64,000 nucleotides of DNA, from assembly GCA_035548175.1 (NCBI GenBank), contig DASZTO010000096.1:9454-73453 (forward strand), written 5' to 3'. The DNA comes from Phycisphaerae bacterium (lineage in GTDB: Bacteria > Planctomycetota > Phycisphaerae > WQYP01). Below are positions 58,701-64,000 of this stretch, piece by piece; the first letter of the stretch is position 1; each line of letters starts with the position of its first letter. Made by a program: the position numbers and the translations under genes. Below the pieces are notes generated by a model. It was not told where the DNA came from and did not search any database. It worked only from the letters and a program-made list of their open reading frames with translations.

Positions 58701-61151
58701 ATGCCGCCCACCGCACTCGCACCCTCTCCCGATGACATGAAAGCTCGCAAAGTCGAACTGGTCCTCCAGCAGCTCGATTCCCTGCCCACCCTCCCCGCCA
58801 TCGCACTCCGCCTCCTCGCCCTCACCGGCGATTCCGAATCCAAAATCCACGAGATCGTCAGCCTCGTCTCCGCCGATCTCTCCCTCACCGGAAAACTCCT
58901 CAGCCTCGTCAGCAGCGCCGCCGTCGGCGGTATTCCCGCCGGACGTGCCGGTGGGGGGGTCACCAACCTCCAGCAGGCCGTCGTCCTCCTCGGCTTCGAC
59001 GCCCTCCGCAACCTCATCCTCTCCGTCAAAGTCTTCGAAGTCTTCCAGGAACCCCCCGATGACGATGCCGACGCCGCTCCCGGTAGCGCCGGCGGACCGC
59101 CAAAGCCCCGCGCCTTCAAACGCGACGAATTCTGGAAGCACTCCCTCGCCGTCGCCACCCTCGCCGAACTTCTCGCCCCGCGCTGCAAACCCAAAATCAG
59201 CCACCACGACGCCTTCGTCTGCGGACTCCTCCACGACATCGGCAAAGTCGCTTTCGACACCGCCATGCCCAAGAGCTTCGCACGCGTCGTCGAAGCCGCC
59301 ACCCTCACCCGCGGCGATCTCGCTGACGTCGAACGCCGCATCATCGGCCTCGATCACGCCCTCGCCGGCAAACGCCTCGCCGAAGCCTGGAACCTCCCCC
59401 AGCTCCTCACCGAAACCATCTGGCTTCACGGCGCGCCGCCCCCGCCACCCCAAGCCCCCGCCTCCGGCCCGAATTCCTGGAAAACCCCCGGCCTCGTCAA
59501 TCCTGCCATGGTCCTCCTTATCGGCCTCTGCGACCTCCTCGTCCGCCGCCAGCACATCGGCTTCTCCGGCAATTACCTCTTCCCCTTCGAGCCCGACGCC
59601 TTCCTCCCGCACCTCGGCCTCACCGCCGCCGACGTCACCAGCGCCACCGCTCGCCTCAACGAAGCCGTCGAAGTCCGCGCCCGCGCCATCGGCCTCAATC
59701 CCATCGAGTCACGCGAGCTCTACCTCCAATCCATCGCCAACGCCAACGTCGAACTCGGTCGCGCCAATCAGCAGCTCGCACTCCAGAACCGCAAGCTCGC
59801 CGTCCGCTCCACCTGCTTCGAACTCCTCACCGCCTTCTATTCGCGCATCGTCCCCGCCGCCTCGCCCTCGCAGCTCCTTACCGACATCGGCCACGTCGCC
59901 CACGATTTCCTCGATTCCCAGCGCCTCGTGCTCTTCTCCCAGGACCCCTCCGTCGACGAAACCTTCGCCGTCGAACCCGCCGCCGCCCCCGCTTCCCCCG
60001 CCCCACACACTGGCATCGGCGAGGTCCTCCTCTTCGACAGCGCCTCCGCCATGCACGATTCCTTCCTCATGCCCATGCCCCGATACGCCGGCGATCAACG
60101 CGTCGGAAAACCCAACCAGAATTTCACCCGCCCCGCACTCCCCCAGCTCGAATGGCTCCTCGAACGCGTCCACAATTTCCTCGGCACCCGCACCTGCTGG
60201 TTCATGCCCCTCCTCTGCGGCGCACAGCCCGTCGGCGGCATCCTCTGGGTCGCACGCGATCAAGACGAAAACGCCAACGGCGGCCCCTCCTTCCCCAATT
60301 CCATGGCCCATGTCCCCGACCTTCCCCTCGTCGCCCAATCCTGGGGCATGACCCTCCGCACCGCGCAAATCCGCGAGCAGCAGGCCGTCCTCACCGAATC
60401 CCTCGCCGCCGCCAACCGCGAGCTCGGCGCGCTTCAGCAGCAGCTCGTACGCGCCAAATCCCTCGCCTCCGTCGGTGAAATGGCCGCCGGCGCCGCCCAT
60501 GAAATGAACAATCCCCTCGCCATCATGTGCGGCCGCGCGCAGCTCCTCGCCGCACGCCTCACAGATCCCGCCCTCAAGCAGGATGCCTCCCTCATCGCCA
60601 CCCAGGGCGAACGCCTCTCACAGATCATCACCGACATGATGGAATTCGCCCGGCCCCAATCCCCGCGCCCCGCCGCACTCACCATCGACGCCCTCGTCAA
60701 CGAAGCCGTCGATTCCGCCGCCGAACGCGCCGGCATGACCCCCGCCTCCATTCACGTCGACCTCCCCGCCGGCGGCACCCCCACCGTCCACGCCGATCCC
60801 CGCCAGATCAAAAATGCCCTCGTCGAACTCCTCCTCAACGCACTCCAGGCCACCAAAGCCGTCGAATCCGACAATCGCCACGCCGGCCCAGTCCAGCTCC
60901 AGGTCCGCTTCGATCCCCTCGACCAGCAGCTCCTCTTCCGCGTCACCGACGAAGGCGTCGGCATGACCCCCGATGTCATGAAGAACGCCTTCGCTCCCTT
61001 CTTCTCCGCCAAAGCCGCCGGCCGCAACCGCGGCATGGGCCTCGCCAAGGCCCTCCGCTGGGTCGAAAATCACAACGGCACCATCCGCCTCGACTCCCAA
61101 CCCGACCGCGGCACCACCGCCATCCTCCTCCTCCCCGCCGCCTCGCAGTAA
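58701..61151 (+). CDS. Sensor histidine kinase with N-terminal HDOD domain, GAF-like region, HisKA and HATPase_c domains
   Basis: HDOD signature (LDSLPTLPAIALRLLAL). HisKA H-box (AAHEMNNPLAIMCGRAQLL). N/G1/G2 boxes (NALQAT...DEGVGM...GMGLAKAL). Confidence 0.8.
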   Translation: MPPTALAPSPDDMKARKVELVLQQLDSLPTLPAIALRLLALTGDSESKIHEIVSLVSADLSLTGKLLSLVSSAAVGGIPAGRAGGGVTNLQQAVVLLGFDALRNLILSVKVFEVFQEPPDDDADAAPGSAGGPPKPRAFKRDEFWKHSLAVATLAELLAPRCKPKISHHDAFVCGLLHDIGKVAFDTAMPKSFARVVEAATLTRGDLADVERRIIGLDHALAGKRLAEAWNLPQLLTETIWLHGAPPPPPQAPASGPNSWKTPGLVNPAMVLLIGLCDLLVRRQHIGFSGNYLFPFEPDAFLPHLGLTAADVTSATARLNEAVEVRARAIGLNPIESRELYLQSIANANVELGRANQQLALQNRKLAVRSTCFELLTAFYSRIVPAASPSQLLTDIGHVAHDFLDSQRLVLFSQDPSVDETFAVEPAAAPASPAPHTGIGEVLLFDSASAMHDSFLMPMPRYAGDQRVGKPNQNFTRPALPQLEWLLERVHNFLGTRTCWFMPLLCGAQPVGGILWVARDQDENANGGPSFPNSMAHVPDLPLVAQSWGMTLRTAQIREQQAVLTESLAAANRELGALQQQLVRAKSLASVGEMAAGAAHEMNNPLAIMCGRAQLLAARLTDPALKQDASLIATQGERLSQIITDMMEFARPQSPRPAALTIDALVNEAVDSAAERAGMTPASIHVDLPAGGTPTVHADPRQIKNALVELLLNALQATKAVESDNRHAGPVQLQVRFDPLDQQLLFRVTDEGVGMTPDVMKNAFAPFFSAKAAGRNRGMGLAKALRWVENHNGTIRLDSQPDRGTTAILLLPAASQ

Positions 61152-61461
61152 CACCTGCCCCATTCGAGCCCGCCAGCCCCGCGCCGCGCCTTCTACGCGC
61201 GGCGTTTTCGCTTGCGCATTTCCCGCCGCCAATTCCGCCCCATAGGCGCTTCTTCGTACCCCTTCTAAGCCCCCGCACACGTCCCAGAAAGACCCCTCAC
61301 CCGCCACTGCTTCACGCCGCCATTTTCGGCCCTGATTCGGTGCCTCCCGCCCCCTCTCTAAGTCACGCACTTTCCACTGCCTACCTCCCAAGCCCCACCG
61401 CCCGCCGGACGATAAGAAGCCTGCCTTCCCCAAGGCACCTTCCGCCGTTCAGGAGTCGTTG

Positions 61462-62574
61462 ATGAAGTCCGCCCCCAGCACCGCGACGCCGGCACTCGCC
61501 CAGGACATCCTGGTCGTCGACGCCGACCCCGCCACCCTCGCCGCTTTCAAAAGCCTGCGGCCGACGGGTTCCCTCCGCGGTGCCGCCTCGTCAGACCTCG
61601 CCCTCCTGGCCATGAAACACCGCCCCGCCGAAGCCGTCTTCCTCAATCTCCAGATCGACGACAACCACGGCGCCGAACTCCTCCGCCAGTTCCGCCGCCA
61701 GTTCCCCGCCGTCCCCGTCGTCGCCCTCTCCCGCTCCCGCCGTCACGAAATCACCCTCGAAGCCTTCCGCGCCGGCGCCGCCGACGTCCTCGCCTGCCCC
61801 GCCGATCCCACCGAGCTTCAGCAATCCCTCGCCGCCATCGCCCGCCGCCGCGCCGCCGAGGAACGCGCCGCCTACCGCAGCGCCCGCCTCCGTCGCGTCT
61901 GCAAACAACTCAACAAAGCCCGCCACGAGATCCGCCAACAGGTCGACCTCCTCTGCAACGATCTCGTCCGGGCTTATCAAGACATGGCCGTCCAGCTCAA
62001 CGCCGCGCAAGTCGCCGCCGACTTCGCCGCCGCCGTCGGCCCCGAACTCGAAGTCGAAGGCCTCCTCCGCAAAACCATGGAGTGGATCCTCCGCAAGTTC
62101 GGCCCCGTCAACGCCGCCATCTACCTCCCCGACGCCGACCGCCACTTCGCCCTCGGCGCTTACCTCAATCTCGACACCGATGCCGACGCCCCCCTCATCA
62201 CCGCCATCGGCGACACCCTCGTCAAGCACGCCGACACCGCCGCCCGCCCCATCGCCGCCGACGCCGACCAAACCCTCGACGACCTCTTCGGCGACGACGC
62301 CCGCCGCCTCAAAGGCCGCCTCTGGCTCGCCGCACCCTGCGTCCCCGCCGCCGGCGCACGCGATTCCATGGCCGTCCTCGTCGTCTTTCGCAAACAGACC
62401 GAAGGCCTCCCAGGTTCTTCCGCCGTCGCCAACGACCCCCTCTCCCACGCGCTCGTCGAAACCATCGCACCCGTCCTCGGCGAAAAAATCCAGCAAGCCC
62501 TCGGCATGTACCATCGCCTCCACCCCTACCTCCAGGATGATGCCGACGACGCCGGCGGTTACGAAGCCGCCTGA
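61462..62574 (+). CDS. Atypical receiver (pseudo-receiver?) plus GAF-like domain protein
   Basis: AGGAG SD and ATG 61462. REC-like fold, but the phospho-acceptor position reads N (AVFLNLQIDD) and the conserved Lys position reads C (LACP). The C-terminal region is GAF-like. Confidence 0.55.
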   Translation: MKSAPSTATPALAQDILVVDADPATLAAFKSLRPTGSLRGAASSDLALLAMKHRPAEAVFLNLQIDDNHGAELLRQFRRQFPAVPVVALSRSRRHEITLEAFRAGAADVLACPADPTELQQSLAAIARRRAAEERAAYRSARLRRVCKQLNKARHEIRQQVDLLCNDLVRAYQDMAVQLNAAQVAADFAAAVGPELEVEGLLRKTMEWILRKFGPVNAAIYLPDADRHFALGAYLNLDTDADAPLITAIGDTLVKHADTAARPIAADADQTLDDLFGDDARRLKGRLWLAAPCVPAAGARDSMAVLVVFRKQTEGLPGSSAVANDPLSHALVETIAPVLGEKIQQALGMYHRLHPYLQDDADDAGGYEAA

Positions 62575-62763
62575 ATTCGCCTCGCGCCGCCCTAATCCCT
62601 CCCAAATCACCTCCCCAAAAACGCCGATAACTTTGTCAGGCCCCACCCGTCCGCTATAGTGGCCACAGCAATTGCTTATGGCCGCCGGTAGGGGGGGAAT
62701 GACCGAACGCCCCGCGCCGAAACCCCGCTGGCCACGCGCTTTTTCCTTCGGAACCCACTGCCG

Positions 62764-64000
62764 ATGCTCCACCTCCTCGCACAACTTTCTCCCCCCGCCG
62801 CCTCACCCCCCACCTACAGCGTCTCCGAAATCCTCACCCCCTACATGCCCGTCTTCTACGCCTCCTTCCTCGTCACCCTCATCCTCACACCCATCATGCG
62901 CGCCCTCGCCCACCAGCACGGCGTCGTCGACGATCCCGACGGCAAACGCAAGGTCCACACCCAGCCCATCGCCTACCTCGGCGGCGTGTCGATCTTCCTC
63001 GGCTGGCTCGTCGGCGTCTCCATCTCCGTCCTCCTACGCCCCCATAACGCCGACCAGCTCCTCCTCAACAACGTCCAAATCCCCCCCGGCGTCCTCGCCG
63101 GCGCTGCCGTCGTCGTCCTCTTCGGCCTCATGGACGATGTCTACTCCCTCTCCCCCAAAATCAAGCTCGCCGGCCAGTTCCTCGCCGCCCTCCTCCTGAT
63201 CGTCCCGGGCGCACTCGGCATCGGCAGCGACTTCTTCCTCGGCATCAACAAAGTCAGCACCGGCCCCGCCGCCATGATCATCGACCCCCTCGTCCGCCTC
63301 GGCTATCTCCCCGCCTCCTTCCCCCTCCACGCCATGTATCCCGCCGCCGCCTTCTCCGCACTCGTCGCCGTCTTCATCATCATCGCCACCTGCAACGCCA
63401 CCAACCTCCTCGACGGTCTCGACGGCCTCTGTTCCGGCGTCACCGGCGTCATGTCCATCGGCTACCTCATCCTCGCCGTCTATCTCGCCTCCAAAGGCAT
63501 CTCCTCCGACGGCGGCAGCCCCGTCGACCCCGCCCGCATCACCCTCTCCCTCGCACTCCTCGGCGCCGTCCTCGGGTTCCTCCCCTTTAACTTCAACCCC
63601 GCCTCCATCTTCATGGGCGACACCGGCTCCATGTTCCTCGGCTACATCTGCGGAACCATGATCCTCCTCTTTGGCCAGAACGGCACCGTCCGCTGGTTCC
63701 TCTCGGCCATCATCATGTTCGGCCTGCCCATGATGGACACCTTCCTCGCCATCGTCCGCCGCAAACTCAATGGCAAACCCATCTTCTCCCCCGACTCCAA
63801 CCACTTCCACCACTTCCTCGTCAAACGCGGCTTCACCGTCCGCCGCGCCGTCCTCCTCTCCTACCTCGTCGCCGCCGTCTTCGTCTCCTTCGCACTCGTG
63901 ATCGTCATCGTCCCCACCCGCCTCGCCGTCGGCATCTATCTCGTGCTCTTCGGCTGGATCATCGTCGCCGCCTTCAAGCTGGGAATGATTTCACAGTCTA
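62764..64000 (+). CDS. Glycosyltransferase family 4 (WecA/MraY-like UDP-HexNAc:polyprenol-P HexNAc-1-P transferase), 3'-partial
   Basis: Frame-0 ORF open to the window end. PYMPVFYASFLVTLILTP N-terminus, DD motif (LMDDVYSL), NATNLLDGLDGL, 10+ TM helices. Absent from the ORF track for lack of a stop codon. Confidence 0.7.
   Translation, partial: MLHLLAQLSPPAASPPTYSVSEILTPYMPVFYASFLVTLILTPIMRALAHQHGVVDDPDGKRKVHTQPIAYLGGVSIFLGWLVGVSISVLLRPHNADQLLLNNVQIPPGVLAGAAVVVLFGLMDDVYSLSPKIKLAGQFLAALLLIVPGALGIGSDFFLGINKVSTGPAAMIIDPLVRLGYLPASFPLHAMYPAAAFSALVAVFIIIATCNATNLLDGLDGLCSGVTGVMSIGYLILAVYLASKGISSDGGSPVDPARITLSLALLGAVLGFLPFNFNPASIFMGDTGSMFLGYICGTMILLFGQNGTVRWFLSAIIMFGLPMMDTFLAIVRRKLNGKPIFSPDSNHFHHFLVKRGFTVRRAVLLSYLVAAVFVSFALVIVIVPTRLAVGIYLVLFGWIIVAAFKLGMISQS

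Noticed and set aside
63034-63813. 259-aa minus-strand acidic Gly/Glu/Asp-rich ORF and 62672..63199 plus-strand Ser/Pro ORF
   Set aside because: Both are alternative-frame or antisense shadows of the WecA/MraY-family gene, whose frame-0 translation has clear family motifs.

Overview
This is a 64-kb, high-GC (about two-thirds G+C by eye) bacterial chromosomal segment with no obvious mobile elements, CRISPR arrays, tRNAs or rRNAs. Several features point to the Planctomycetes-Verrucomicrobia-Chlamydiae (PVC) superphylum as the likely source, but that is inference only. Those features are ribosomal proteins with Lys/Ala-rich terminal extensions, a PEP-CTERM-like secreted protein, an M56 BlaR1-like sensor with a coiled-coil tail, tandem apolipoprotein N-acyltransferase (lnt) genes, and abundant poly-G tracts. 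Gene content, left to right:
- a truncated FAD-oxidoreductase (minus strand);
- glgB;
- a UPF0175/DUF3368 toxin-antitoxin pair with a frameshifted toxin;
- smpB;
- a MetE-like methyltransferase;
- prmC (minus);
- a zinc-ribbon/TM protein;
- a DoxX-family membrane protein;
- floA;
- two tandem lnt genes, the second lacking the catalytic triad;
- a blaI/blaR1-like regulator/sensor pair plus a small acidic protein (minus);
- trpD;
- a lipoprotein with an NPN-repeat tail;
- a HEAT-repeat protein translationally coupled to a small membrane protein (minus);
- a sugar aminotransferase;
- a sugar-phosphate isomerase;
- an unannotated 58-aa membrane ORF;
- an rluA-family pseudouridine synthase;
- a PEP-CTERM-like protein;
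- a 17-kb ribosomal-protein supercluster (rplC through rplQ, including secY, adk, map, infA, rpmJ and rpoA, but lacking rpsJ, rpmD and rpsD);
- a TraR/DksA zinc finger;
- pgk, rpe, fabI, sua5, alr and a 2-hydroxyacid dehydrogenase;
- mnmG, polA, a dienelactone hydrolase and trpE (all minus);
- a signalling module (HTH-REC regulator, HDOD-GAF histidine kinase, atypical receiver-GAF protein);
- a partial wecA/mraY-family gene.
The most unusual observations are these. Nearly every intergenic spacer in the ribosomal-protein cluster is built from tandem heptanucleotide repeats ([T/A]CAG[A/T]AG, ACGGAAG, GACGAAA; one copy inverted), which place stop triplets in all three frames. There is a block-wise dichotomy of synonymous-codon usage (G/T-ending versus C/A-ending codons) that flips within secY and map and sharply at the rpmJ|rpsM boundary, with an inverted-composition island at blaI/blaR1. 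Other heptamer repeats and leader inverted repeats occur elsewhere. The second lnt paralogue looks like a pseudoenzyme. The toxin gene is frameshifted in a G5 tract.
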